The position numbers and the translations under genes are program-made. From Eledone cirrhosa (lineage: Eukaryota), in assembly GCA_964016885.1 (NCBI GenBank), contig OZ024747.1, positions 37,758,001 through 37,822,000 of the forward strand: DNA of 64,000 nucleotides, in the 5' to 3' direction. This document shows positions 12,014-25,368 of the stretch, in pieces; within the stretch, counting starts at the first letter, position 1; the number at the start of each line of letters is the position of its first letter. The notes below the pieces were generated by a model, which was not told the DNA's origin, made no database searches, and saw only the letters and a program-made list of their open reading frames with translations.

Positions 12014-14700
12014 GTAATAGAGTATTTACGTGTCGAGAGAAAGAAAAAAAAGGAGGGTTGGTAATACATGTAGTTATTTGCCAAATAGCGTATGCAGAAG
12101 GTGCTCAATACTAGTGCCAGCAGTATTAAATATTAGAAGTGTTAATATTTAGTGGGTGAGAGAGTTAGCAGAGCGTAAGCACGTGGAAAAGTAAGAAATC
12201 GGAGAACAGACCGTTAATACATGTTTATTTAAAACACCACCTACGTACGTTTCTGTTGGATGGGCTTCTCAAGGGCATAAATAACTAAAAGTGTCCTTAC
12301 ATGCCCCGGAAAGTGTTTTGGGCGGTAAGTTCACGCCAGACTTCATTCTTCGCAAAAAAAGCGAGTTTTAATTTTGCAGTAGGTCAAGGGAGGTAACTCT
12401 GGCCGGTGTTAGGGCAGTCTTTCCCGGAAAAATTTTCTATCCGTTACAAGATGTGGTTACAACCTTACCATTGTCGATACGCACAGGGTCAGGTAAGCAA
12501 CGTTTATTTTGAGACGTTTGTTTTCTGGGTCGTTTGAAGCTGGGTCTGGGATGCATTGTTAGTTAACGGATGTTTTTTTGTAGCGCCTGCCCGCCGGAGT
12601 GTTAAAGCTTGTTGCAGGGAGATCCGGTATACGGTTTCACTCCTCATCCTTATCCCATCTGAAGAAGGATATTTTTAAGCGATGTGTACAGCTCATCGTC
12701 GTTTCAGCTCTGCTGTTGATGAGCTCGTGTGGTGCAGTTATGATGTGGTAGAGCTCCATGAGGCAAAGATCGCACTTCCTCTTGAAGTTGTACGGTGCAG
12801 CCCTGCCGACAATATCCCAGTGCGTGGAGAAGCTGATGTTTAAGTCTTTTAATGATGTGATGTAGTCCGCGAGCGAAGTGGAGTGTCTTAATTTCTTATT
12901 TGTGAAAGAGTGGAGATGTGTTCGAAATATAATTTTGAACGGGCCAGAGGTAGCCGCTATATAATGTTTAACGCTATTGTGGCTAGTTACATTGCACCTA
13001 TATATAACCCTACCAGGCAAGCAGTATCCTCTAAGGGGCAGCGTCCCCTGTCGCGGCAGTTTTAATTTCTGTCGCGGTCCCTTCTAATTCCAACGGTAAG
13101 GCTATCATTATTGCTATCTACGTTGTTATCTACGCTCCTGCACCTGTCGTTAGCGCCATTATAACCCACCGTGCGCGGGGTGGTACGATTATTATGCTGC
13201 ATGTCATGTCCTGCATGCTCCCCAGTCATGTCGTGGTTATGCTGGTTGCGTCTGTAGAGGCTGTTGTTAGCACTATTGGATGCTGCTAGGGAGTCGTTAA
13301 GGCCGATATAGTTATTGTCAGGTGTAGGTGCGTTTGTGCTAAGGTGCTGTGTCTTGGTAAGCTTACTGTGGTTAGTTGTTCCTATGATGTCTGCTGGTTA
13401 GGAGTAGTAGAGAAGGATAGTAGTAGAGATTGTTCCTATTAAGGATTTTACTATACCTGGGTGGGAAGTTCTTCTCTAAAGCTTCGAAGATATCCGGGGT
13501 ATGTTGGAGGCCACCCTCCGAAAGTTAGGGGATGGAACCATAGGACGTTACGGTGGCGATTACGTGTCCTTGTACGTTTGCTACGGGTGGTTCCATCAAG
13601 GTGACCGTTCTTATGCATGTTAATGCGCTGTAGCCCGTTACGTGCCCTTTCCCTTTATGCTCGGGTGCACTCTTCTTCCTTCTTCTATGTTTATGTACAG
13701 GAAGATGTTGGTTGGAAGGCGTTGGTAGTAGGCCGTCGCCTTTGTTGATTTTATAGTAGGGGAATAATTCTAGTAGGTTACAGTGGTCACTGTCACCGGG
13801 GTCGTGATATTTATTGTGTGGTAAGTTACCTATACCATCGCCAGTGTAATTAACGTTGAGGCCGTGTGCGATTATCTATACTATTATATCCGACTCCTAC
13901 GAAGTCGCCGCGTGATCGGTTATAGGTATGGCTTACTATAACGTTCGTCTTATGAGGGGGGTGGTTTCTGGAGCTAGCGTTAGGCATGTAGGAAATTCCT
14001 CGGTTAAAGCCAGCGCTTAAGAAGGCTCTATTGTAGTAATCTGCCGCTTGGTTGAAGATATCCTCATTAGCGCAGAGCCTCGAGATTCATGTGAGATGCT
14101 ATAGACTATGGAGTTGAGAGTCTGCTTAGGGTGGTTGGGGGCATAATTAATATAAGAAAGGCTCTCTACAGGCTTATGGTATGGCTTGTATAGGCCCGTA
14201 CTCAACTCCAGGGTCACGTCCAGGTAGTTGACAACCTGGTGGTTGAGGTCTATAGTTACGGATAGGCCGTATGACCGTAAGAACCTGTTTATATGCTTGT
14301 TAAGGTTCTCTATCCTACGAGGGCTATGGTTCCTAACGGTAAACAGGGCGTCATCCCTATATACACCTCTTTGTAGGGCCGGTATCTCGTCCCTAAGCTT
14401 ATGGAGGAGGTATATTCCGACCAGGTCAGTTGCTTGCGCTGAGTCGCTGGACCCCATCGTGATATCGAAGTTATCAGAACGGTTGGTTATTATCCAGTGG
14501 GAGCCTTCGAACTGGATAATGGTTCTACGTGCCGCTTTTTTAGTGAGGCTAGTGATAGATTTAGCTAATATGAGTGCCTTATTTAAGAGTATGGGGGAGA
14601 TAGAGGCGTAGTAACTATCTATGTCAAACTGGATGAACTTCAGGGTTGCTTTATCAGGCAACTCGGTGAACCAATTTATGACCTAGTCGGTGTTGCCCCA
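12012..14700 (-). mobile_element. 5'-truncated degenerate Hydra-type PLE, diverged relative of 1297-3790
   Basis: ORF pieces read FIQFDIDSYY, FDITMGSSDSAQ and GVYRDDAL (14017-14661) and VIY...YIAATSG...CDLC...CTH (12637-13020). Confidence 0.9.
12235..12279 (-). ncRNA. Hammerhead-like motif, U3-A8 core variant (degenerate)
   Basis: The minus strand reads gccc TTGAGAA gcccatccaaca GAAAC GTAC GTA ggtgg, with the same core and stem III as 3697-3740. Confidence 0.45.
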
Positions 14701-15226
14701 GATGCAATGTTTAGACAAATTACAGAGGCAATAAACATAAAAGAATTACAACCAAAATTAAATAGAAAATATGAGTGGAACAGCAACATCACAACTTACA
14801 ATTAAGGACAAAATGAAAACACACACACACATAGAACAAACAACCAACCAATAACATGTAAATAAATAAATAAATAAACAAATAGATAAATGAACACAAA
14901 CACACACAGACACCCGGATGTGGCGCATGCGCAAACTGAGCACACAACACACACACAGAAACAAAATGGCGTAGGACAGAAGAAAGGAAAGGCACAGAAA
15001 CAAAGAAAGGAATCCCCAGTCACTGAAGAGGTCACAGAGTGTGTGACGAAAGGACTATGACTATATATAAACAACTATCTGGTTGTGGAACCAACCAACC
15101 AACCAGAAATTTATAGATTTGTAGATTTGTAAATTTATAAATTTATAAATATATAATAAATTGAAGTGAAAGCAACTGGTGCGTGTGTTTCTTATTGGCA
15201 ACATGACCCTCCCAAAGTATAACAAT
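14701..15226 (+). mobile_element. 3' end (endonuclease C-terminus + pLTR) of the PLE family at 30120-31710
   Basis: DAMFRQITEAINIKELQPKLNRKYEW* plus a UTR near-identical to the reverse complement of about 30178-30677. Confidence 0.9.
15018..15062 (+). ncRNA. Minimal type-I hammerhead ribozyme
   Basis: agtca CTGAAGA g gtcaca gagtg tgtgac GAAA gga CTA tgact: 5-bp stem I, 6-bp stem II and a very short stem III. Confidence 0.75.
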
Positions 15227-15235
15227 ATATATAAG

Positions 15236-15273
<38 letters not shown>

Positions 15274-15307
15274 TATTTTTATATATATGTATATATATAT
15301 ATATTTT

Positions 15308-15338
<31 letters not shown>

Positions 15339-15352
15339 GTATATATATATAT

Positions 15353-16470
15353 GGCCTTTTGTTGTTATTTGTTTAGATATTATTCTAATTTCTATGTTGT
15401 CTATGTTACCGCCGTGTTGTTGTCTAGCATGTTCGTATCGTACTGAACCGTTTTTTCGTCCTTTTAGTTCCCCCTAGTGTTGGTCTATCCTTTCACCTAT
15501 GCTACGAGCTTATGTATGTTGTTGTCATGTTTCTGCAAGTACCCTCTGTACATCTTATGCTATAGACTACGTTTCTAGTTTTACAGTTTATCCGGGGGTT
15601 TACCTTACATATGATACATTTCTTATTAGTACAGTGGGTTTTCTTAAAAGGGTAGTTTTTGCTGATCAGGGATTTTATGGTGGTTCCTGGCTTTTCTACC
15701 ACCTTAATCTTTAAGTGGGTCTTTCTCAGGGCCTTTCTACACTGGTTAGCTAATTTCCCTCCAGGGATAGCGACCACAAACATGATACTCTGGTATCTCT
15801 TGTTGTCGTACCATGAGGTGGCTTTCCCTATCTTATGTCTAGCCCTATCTAAGCTATTCCATGATTTGCTCCTGTATAATGGGCAAATTCCTTTTATGTC
15901 CAGTTCTATGAGGGTCTTATACTTCTCCGTGGCTCCTTCGTATACTCTGATTCTGTCTCTTTGGTTGTACTCTGGTGTATGGAATTAGCTATCTGGTGGA
16001 TGCTTTCCATTGTGCTACGTTCTAAATCAAACTTGTTAGTGCTCTCTTGTGGGGATCTTCTTATAACTATATTGATATCGTCTACGTAACGAGAGTACAT
16101 GATGAGGTCTATGGAGCTCTCATCAAGGAGATCTTTAAGTCTCCTTTCCCACCATACCATAAAAAGGTTGGCAACGTCACCAGCTATGCTGACGCCAATG
16201 GCTGCTCCCTCATTTTGGGTGTAGATCTTCTCGTTGAACTTGAATATGTGGAACTTTAGGGTAGTTTTGATACTAGCCCATATTGAATGTGTTTGTGTCT
16301 ATATTGTATCTGTATTTTTGACCGTTGGTCAGTCAATGGCAACATTGAGGTCCGAATAAATTAAATTAAACGATATAAAAGACACAGAAGCGAAAAGCGA
16401 AAACCAACCAAACAGTGAGTGTGTTCTGTTATTAATTCTAGCAATATTACACAAATATGCCCCTCCCCAA
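15353..16470 (-). mobile_element. Degenerate PLE RT/endonuclease fragment with a probable plus-strand pLTR end at about 16330-16470
   Basis: MYSRYVDDINIV and CTNKKCIICKVNPRINCKTRNVVYSIRC are paralogous to 30573-31631. 16420-16470 resembles 15180-15218. Confidence 0.82.
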
Positions 16471-16477
16471 GTATATA

Positions 16478-16530
<53 letters not shown>

Positions 16531-16605
16531 GTGTATATGTATATATGTATATGTATATATATGTATACAGTTGAAAATTGCAAACTCGACTGTCACCACA
16601 TATCA

Positions 16606-16644
16606 TGAACCTGAAGATTGCGAAAGCATGAAAGTACTTGTTCA
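16606..16644 (+). ncRNA. Minimal type-I hammerhead ribozyme (5' pLTR)
   Basis: tgaac CTGAAGA t tgc gaaa gca t GAAA gta CTT gttca. Stem I is perfect, stem II is capped by a GAAA loop, and stem III is the palindrome AAGTACTT. Confidence 0.88.
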
Positions 16645-16845
16645 ATTAACACTTAGAATTTAATATTCTATCATACTATTTCATTATATATATATATATT
16701 TTAAAGGATTGTAAATAAAACGAGTAAATCAGACAAAGTTGGAATTCCTCTTATTAATATAATCTTCTATACACAATCATACACACCCGTGTATATTTAC
16801 CTATCTATATCTATATATATATATTCCTATTGTGTATATGCCAAC

Positions 16846-18195
16846 ATGTCTGGAAAGCAACAAATGAAACCAACAGAATCAGAAAGAATTCTAAAGGAGA
16901 TATCATCGAAATTATCAACACTTATCACGATGATGGACACACAATCCTCTATTTTAAAGGAAATAGAAAAACAATCTACAGACGGAAAACTTATAACTGA
17001 ACATATAAACTCTGAAATTAAGAATTTAGCTGAAATTATACCAACAGTTATCAAAGATACAAGAGAAAGCCTACCACAACCCCCTTGGATGTCAGAAATA
17101 AACGAAAGAAATTTGGAAAACAAAACACATCGAATAAGAAAAGAAATGTGGAAGACATGGAAAAAATTCCTTAACATAAGAAAACAAAATTTCTGGAAAG
17201 CATACAGATGCGAAAAATATGTCGAAACACATTCGAAATGGCTCTCTCTAACGGCACCCATACTCCCTCGTAAATACCTAATTACAGAAATTGCAGGAGA
17301 ACCAGAAGAAGAAACAAAACTCCGATGGGAACTTACATTGACAAAATTCAGGACCGACATCTCCATTTCTGAATGTAAACAATCCCGCTACAAAGCCAAA
17401 TATGAAGCTATTGATGACCAAATTGAAGTTGAAATTTCAAAGCTAACGACTGGTATTATAGCTGAAAAACTACAAGAACTATGGATCGGAGATATCTCAA
17501 AAGAAGAAAACAAATCAAGAAAGGTATGGCAGCAGAAACAATTATTTCTCTATGAATATGCTGCAAATTACGGTAAAGACTCTGGAACCCTGAGAAAAAG
17601 CATTAAAAGTGGACAATCTCATCAACACAACATACGCCAGAACACGTGCCAACACAAACACTCACCTTACCTTGAATCAAAGAAGAACTACGGTAATAAC
17701 TCTTCGCTTTTTCTACAAAAACACCCTATCGCACACAACATGAACAAAAAGCACAAACACGATAGGTATTCCTTTGACCAGACCATGAGAAGTAGTAAAA
17801 CCAGGAGATCATTCTCAAGATCTCAACAGAGACTACCAACAAGGAATGTGGAAACAAAACGTAGAATAACCAGATCACTCTCAAGATCTCAACAGAGATT
17901 GCCCACAAGAAACTGGACGAAAAAACGATCTAAACCTGAAAGCAAACCTAGGTAATTTTCCCAGATTGTTAAAAATAATGCTAACAGGAAGAAAAATAAT
18001 ATACAGAATACCAAAAATAGGACAAAATACATAACGAAACCAAATATAATATCACGACCAAAAGTTCATCAAGCGAACACCAACAGGAATATAAATCCTG
18101 AACAGAGAAAAATTCATTTTTTAACGTCAGGACAACAAAAACCGGAAAAAGAAAAACTCCAGGAGGAAACATACCCAAAACAGCTGTACACGTAG
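16846..18195 (+). pseudogene. PLE ORF1, helical/charged protein of unknown function; one in-frame TAA at 17953-17955
   Basis: ATG at 16846. The frame is open to 17955 and stays open past that stop (FSQIVKNN...HFL...) to TAG at 18193-18195. Confidence 0.7.
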
Positions 18196-20428
18196 ATCCT
18201 AAAATAATTAATTTATCTAAAAGAGATCTTGACAATGATGAAATGCAAATTCTGTCAAAAGGACTGAAATTCACACCGACTCCAACAGTCAACCACCAAG
18301 AACTGAAGGAGGATACCCAAGAATTCTGTCGAAAATTACGTCTTGTAGAATTCTTCGCTGATAAAAATAATGAGAGTGATGAATCACTAGTAAAGAATAA
18401 ATCAAATTTCACTCCGCCAAAAGGAAGAAATATTTATCTCGACCAATACATTGACATCCTGTCTAAATTTCCTCTTAGACATAATACTAATGTTAGGCCA
18501 AACATTAACAAATCAGAAATGTCTGCACTTAAACGTATACAAAATGATAAAACAATAATAATTAAACAAGCAGATAAAGGGGGTGCAGTTGTTATAATGG
18601 ATACTGAATACTACAAGGATTTGGTTGAGGAACAATTGAAAGACACAACATTCTATCATGAAATACCGTCAAATATAGACCACAACATCATGAAGAAGAT
18701 CAACAACCTGGCTTCAAAATACCACAACTCATTTACTGATAAGGAAAGAGACTACATCACCAATTTTGAGCCGAAACCCAGCAACCTGTATGTCCTACCG
18801 AAAGTTCACAAGTCAAAAGAAATACAACTGGCAGTAAGAGAACAAAACAGTGAGTACATTAAATTATTACACCCAAAAGACTTAAAACTTAGACCTATTA
18901 TAGCTGGTCCAACATGCCCACTCACCGTCTAAGCAATTTTGTTGACATTATTTTGAAACCACTATGTATTCACATACCCAGTTTCATCCGGGATGATATC
19001 GACTTCCTGTCCCACCTTCCCAAAACCACGGAAACGAATTCACTTCTACTCAGTTTTGATGTGGTAAGCCTTTACACCAACATTACACATGATTTAGGAA
19101 TAAAGGCGGTTAAATACTGGGTGGAAAAACATAGAGAAGTGATTCCCATTAGATTCACAGCGCCATTTATATTAGACGCAGTTAAACTTATTCTGGAAAA
19201 CAACACTTTCTTCTTCAATGGAAAGAATTACATCCAAATTAGAGGCACAGCGATGGGAACGAAGTTTGCTCCCGTTTACGCGAACTCTGTAATGGGATAC
19301 TTAGAACAACAACTCTACCAAGAAATAGAGGAAACATATAGTACTGACTTTAGAAAGTACATTGAAAAATCTTGGAAGAGATACCTTGACGACTGTTTCA
19401 TCATCTGGACAGAATCTCTAGATACTCTGGATGAGTTCAATATCCTCCTGAATAACCTACACCCATCTCTCCAATTCACAAAAGAGATGAGTAGGACCAA
19501 ATTACCATTCCTAGATATAATGATAATCAAAAACGACACCACCATTACCACGGATATATATTATAAACACACAGACACCCATCAATATCTGAATTTTAAG
19601 TCGTGCCATCCACCTCATACAAAACGCAACATCCCATACTGCCTAGCCAGAAGAATTTGTACCATTGTAGAAGATACGAATACCAGGTACAAACGCCTAA
19701 CAGAACTAAGAGAATTTTTGCTCAAACAAAAATACCCATCTCTACTTATAGAAAATGGCATACAGCGGGCTATAAAAATACCTATACAACAACTTATAAC
19801 AACCCAAGGAAGAAGAAACCAAGAACTGGTCATATCATTTATAATGACACACAACCCATGTCACCAGAATATATTCAACACTGCCAAAGCAAACCTACCG
19901 ATCATTGCTCAAAGTAATGAATTAAAAGGCTTAATCACAGATCGATCTTTGACTCTTAGTAAAAGACAGCTGAAAAATTTGAAGCAATTGCTAACAAAAG
20001 CAAAGTTTGACCTTAACAACAAAGACCAATCATTCACTGTATCTAAATGCAATGATAATCGATGCGGCACATGTCAATCCATACACGCTGGTCAATATAT
20101 GAAAACAAAAACTGGAAAAATATTCCCAAATGCAAATATGAACTGCAAAAGCAGAAATCTAATTTACTGCATTAAATGCCCGAATTGTGAAGAACTATAT
20201 GTCGGTCAAACTGGAAATGCACTATCGGAACGTGCACAGGTACACCGTCAACAAATCAGAGACCCAAATGTCCGTCAGATACCCCTAAGCGGCCACCTGG
20301 CAACATGTGGTCAGGGAATATTTATAATATTCCCATTCTACAAATTACACAGCCCAAGTGAAATCAAGAGAAAAATCAAAGAAAAGAATTTTATTGATAA
20401 ATTCAAACCCAAGCTAAATGAACAATAA
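18101..20428 (+). pseudogene. PLE RT + GIY-YIG ORF2 (Neptune-type); 1-bp deletion near 18920
   Basis: Motifs IINLS...LSKGLKFTPTP, ADKGGAVV, LPKVHK, LRPII, FDVVSLYT, GTAMGT, RYLDD, the Cys linker CNDNRCGTC and LIYCIKCPNC...YVGQTG. Confidence 0.93.
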
Positions 20429-20802
20429 TAACGCCTAGGGGTATTACTTCTACTACCACTATGACCACGACCACTAACAACAACAACAACAACAATAATA
20501 ATAATAATAAAAGTGATGTTGATGGTGATGATTAATAGAAAATGCTATTTTCATCATTTCAAAAAGCAAAACAATTGATACGTTGGGTATGACTATTGGT
20601 CGTTAGCATGCTCAACCAGCCGTGACGCTTAAACAAATCAGCTGTAGTAATTCAGTGAAACTACACACTGATTGGTCGAAATACAGTTTACAGGGCTTTG
20701 CATTCTGGAGCCACTTTTCTCTGTATAAAATGTATAAAAGGTAGTAAATTTACCCATCTCATTACAGTTGAAAATTTCAAACTCGACTGTCACCACATAT
20801 CA

Positions 20803-20841
20803 TGAACCTGAAGATTGCGAAAGCATGAAAGTACTTGTTCA
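20803..20841 (+). ncRNA. Minimal type-I hammerhead ribozyme (3' pLTR)
   Basis: Identical to 16606-16644. Confidence 0.88.
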
Positions 20842-21070
20842 ATTAACACTTAGAATTTAATATTCTATCATACTATTTCATTATAATACCATATTATATA
20901 TATTTTAAAGGATTGTAAATAAAACGAGTAAATCAGACAAAGTTGGAATTCCTCTTATTAATATAATCTTCTATACACAATCATACACACCCGTGTATAT
21001 TTACCTATCTATATCTATATATATGCATATATATATATGTATATATATATATGTATATATATACATATAT

Positions 21071-21158
<88 letters not shown>

Positions 21159-21274
21159 TTATATATGTACATACATATATGCCTATATATATATATATAT
21201 ATATATACGTTATTCCGGGTTGAATCGGAGGTAACCAAAGTAAGTAAGGTACTCAATACATTGCAGAGTATAAA

Positions 21275-21391
21275 AGTTTTAATATAGATGAGATTCTACT
21301 GGACTAGAACTGTTTCATTCTTTAGAAATCATGATGATTTCTAAAGAATGAAACAGTTTTAGTCCTTTAGAATCTCATCTATATTAAAACT
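21275..21391. repeat. Near-perfect palindrome (about 58-bp arms) made of a pLTR/HHR 3' end
   Basis: The centre is atcat-g-atgat at 21333. The arms match the HHR fragment at 39509-39572. Confidence 0.85.
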
Positions 21392-21472
21392 ATGTATATA
21401 TATATACATATGTATTTATATATATATACATATATGCCTATATATATATATTTATATGTATATATATGTATT

Positions 21473-21503
<31 letters not shown>

Positions 21504-21543
21504 GTATATATATCTGTATATATATATCTGTATATATATATGA

Positions 21544-21578
<35 letters not shown>

Positions 21579-21630
21579 CATGTATTATATATATTTATGT
21601 ATACATATATATATGTATATATATATAAAA

Positions 21631-21661
<31 letters not shown>

Positions 21662-21720
21662 AGTATATATAAAATAAAGTTAAATAAAAGTCAAATGATT
21701 AAAATTAAGCTTCGTTTATT

Positions 21721-21775
21721 ACTTCTATATATATTTCAGTGACAGCCATCTTTGGCTGTGACCTCTTCAGGCAGT
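21721..21775 (-). ncRNA. Type-I hammerhead ribozyme in an orphan pLTR
   Basis: The minus strand reads actgc CTGAAGA ggtc acagcca aaga tggctgt cact GAAA tatat ATA gaagt. Confidence 0.75.
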
Positions 21776-21923
21776 TTGAATTAGTATGATATAGACAAGT
21801 ACATATGTTGTTTAGGTGTATAATATTGTCAATACTCTGATATGCCCAGTTCCTTGTTGGGTTGTTAATTCACTGAGGAACTGGAGTCATATATATGTAA
21901 TGTATAAAAATCAATACAATATA

Positions 21924-22001
21924 ATTACCTCATTACCAGAGGTTTCCCGAATGAGGCGAATACGAAAGAAACGTCTTCATTCGTTCGTCAGACGAGGCAA
22001 T
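21924..22001 (-). ncRNA. Type-I hammerhead ribozyme (left arm)
   Basis: Near-exact reverse complement of 25291-25368. Confidence 0.85.
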
Positions 22002-22756
22002 ATAAAACATGGCTAAATACTTGGAAAGTCTCATCAAGAAAAGCAAAAAAAAAAATTATATATAAATATAAACAAAGGAATTACAATAGCCATATGAAAT
22101 ATATAAAAATCTTTCAAGAAATATAGTTAGGTGTGTGTATATGTATGTATATACGCTCACAGATGTACATACGTGTGTATGTACAAATGTGTACGTATAG
22201 TGAAAAAGTGTGCGTAAATATATGTGTTAGGCCTAGTGTATCTGTGTATCTGTAAACTACAGACAGGCATGATCTGATTCTCTGTCTGGCAGGTATACAT
22301 AAAAACAGGGTATTAGATACATTATAAGAATATGAAGGCACGCGTATAAACACACCCACACGCACGTACCCTTATATGCGGAAGTAAAAGAGGTAAGGGA
22401 GTGTAATAATTACAAGAAAGTATCATTCTCGATATATTTATAAAAATGGAACAATAATTTAGAAAGAAAAAATTAAAGAAAAGAAGACAAACAAGGTACA
22501 CGTGTACACACACACATATATCTACAAGAAACGTATATCTATAAGTAATATATATATATACACGCAAAAACGTGCAGACAAAAGCGTATGCAAGCACACA
22601 TACGCACACAGGATGCACATATATACGCATATACGCCTCACCCATGTATATCTAAACACGCGCACGCACGCGACTGTATACACACTCGCACACACACACA
22701 CACAAAATATACATGCTTATATACATACGCAGACTTAGACATCCATACAATTGGTA

Positions 22757-22797
<41 letters not shown>

Positions 22798-24502
22798 TCA
22801 CGCATATTGACCTGTATACATGCACACACATAAAAATGAGGATGAAAAAAAAAGAAGAAAAAACAAAACAAAAAACATAGATGTAAAAACACAGAAATAA
22901 AGACACATATACATACACATATATATATACACGCACGCGCGCGCACATACCGAGGCGTTCGTGTACATATATAGAAAGTATACACGCATTAAGGCACTCA
23001 GACACATAGATACAGGGTGTAAAAAGCCTTGTGGATAAGTAAGTACAAATATAAAATTATAAGATTGGCTGCGAAATAACAAAAAATATGGAAGAGTGGA
23101 AAACGCAAGTGACTTGTGTAATCAGTTAGTGAAGAAAATAGTGGAAAGTGAAGATATTAGGTAAGTGAATCGGAGAATAAAGTGTGTGTGTGTGTGGGGG
23201 GGGGTTATAGGTGGATGTGAAGTAAAAAAAAATATATATATAAAAAAAATAAAAATAAAAATAAAAATAAAAATAAAAATAAAAATAAAAATAAAAATAA
23301 AAATAAAAATAAAAATAAAAATGAAATTAATAATAAGGATAAAAATGAAAGTAAATCAGAAAGGTTAGTCATAAAGAGAATAATAAGAGTTTATGGAGGA
23401 TAAGTATCTGAAAGTGTGTTAAGTTTATATGAGCTGGAAAGCAGGTGTGATTTCATGTGTGGGCAACTGGTGAACATTTCTGTCTTTGTGTTCAGGCAGG
23501 TCTTTGGTGATTTAAGATTTTGCAAGATCCAATATTTTTCATTTATGCAGAGCGTGCATTTTCTTGTTCCTCTTGCATATTCTTTAGATTGGTTCAAAAT
23601 TGACCAGTCTAATTTATATTGGATACCTTGGTCTTTCAAATCCCATATTCTGCTAGCCAGAGCTGTTGTAAATCTTTTTTCTGGATGTCGACATGATGCG
23701 ACATGTGAGTAATAATGCGTTTTGAATTTGTCTTGCGTCATACCCACATATCGTTCACTGGTGGCTGGATGGTTGTTGCTGATGGTTGTCACTTTAGCCG
23801 CATATACAATGGCTTTGGTGTTGCATTTACCTTGTAATGAGCATTCACCTTTGATTCTACAGGAGCAATTTTGATGTTCTCTAGGTGATTTTTTGTTGAT
23901 GATATAGGATTTAATAGGGGGACACTTTCACACTTTCAGATACTTATCCTCCATAAACTCTTATTATTCTCTTTATGACTACCCTTTCTGATTTACTTTC
24001 ATTTTTATCCTTATTATTAATTTCATTTTTATTTTTATTTTTATTTTTATATTTTTTTAATATATTTTTTTATTTTTACTTCACATCCACCTATAACCCC
24101 CCCCCCCTTTATTCTCCGATTCACTTACCTAATATCTTCACTTTCCACTATTTTCTTCACTAACTGATTACACAAGTCACTTGCGTTTTCCACTCCAGAT
24201 ATTTTTTGTTATTTCGCAGCCAATCTTATAATTTTATATTTGTACTTATTTATCCACAAGGCTTTTTACACCCTGTATCTATGTGTCTGAGTGCCTTAAT
24301 GCGTGTATACTTTCTATATATGTACACGAACGCCTCCGTATGTGCGCGCGCGTGCGTGTATATATATATATATATATATATGTGTATGTATAAGTGTCTT
24401 TATTTCTGTGTTTTTAGATCTATGTTTTTTTTTTTCTTTTTTTTTTTTTTACTTCCTCATTTTTATGTGGTGCATGCATACAGGTCAATATGCGTGAGTG
24501 TA

Positions 24503-24542
<40 letters not shown>

Positions 24543-25290
24543 TACCGATTGTATGGATGTGTAAGTCTGCGTATGTATATAAGCATGTATATTTTGTGTG
24601 TGTGTGTGTGCGAGTGTGTATACAGTCGCGTGCGCGTGTTTAGATATACATGGGGCGAGGCGTATATGTGTATATATGTGCATCCTGTGTGCGTATGTGT
24701 GCTTGCATACGCTTTTGCCTGCACGTTTTTGCGTGTATATATATATTTCTTATAGATATACGTTTCTTGTAGATATATGTGTGTGTGTACACGTGTACCT
24801 TGTTTATCTTCTTTTCTTTAATTTTTTCTTTCTAAATTATTGTTCCATTTTTATAAATATATCGAGAATGATACTTTCTTTTAATTATTACACTCCCTTA
24901 CCTCTTTTAGTTCTGCATATAAGTGTACGTGCGTGTGGGTGTGTTTATACGCGTGCCTTCATATTCTTATAATGTATCTAATAACCTGTTTTTACGTATA
25001 CCTGCCAGACAGAGAATCAGATCATGCCTGTCTGTAGTTTACAGATACACAGATACACTAGGCCTAACACATATATTTACGCACACTTTTTCACTATACG
25101 TACACATTTGTACATACACACGTATGTACATCTGTGAGCGTATATACATACATATACACACACCTAACTATATTTCTTGAAAGATTTTTATATATTTCAT
25201 ATGGCTATTGTAATTCCTTTGTTTATATTTATATATAATTTTTTTTGGCTTTTCTTGATGAGACTTTCCAAGTATTTAGTCATGTTTTAT

Positions 25291-25368
25291 ATTGCCTCGT
25301 CTGACGAACGAATGAAGACGTTTCTTTCGTATTCGCCACATTCGGGAAACCTCTGGTAATGAGGTAAT
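25291..25368 (+). ncRNA. Type-I hammerhead ribozyme (right arm)
   Basis: attgcctcgt CTGACGA a cgaatg...cattcg g GAAA cc tct g GTA atgaggtaat: 10-bp stem I, 6-bp stem II and stem III acc/ggt. Confidence 0.88.

Larger units (their letters stand above)
16566..21024 (+). mobile_element. Full-length Neptune-type PLE with direct pLTRs (16566-16820 and 20763-21024)
   Basis: About 255-bp direct terminal repeats each carry an HHR. ORF1 precedes an RT/GIY-YIG ORF, and both flanks are (TA)n. Confidence 0.93.
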
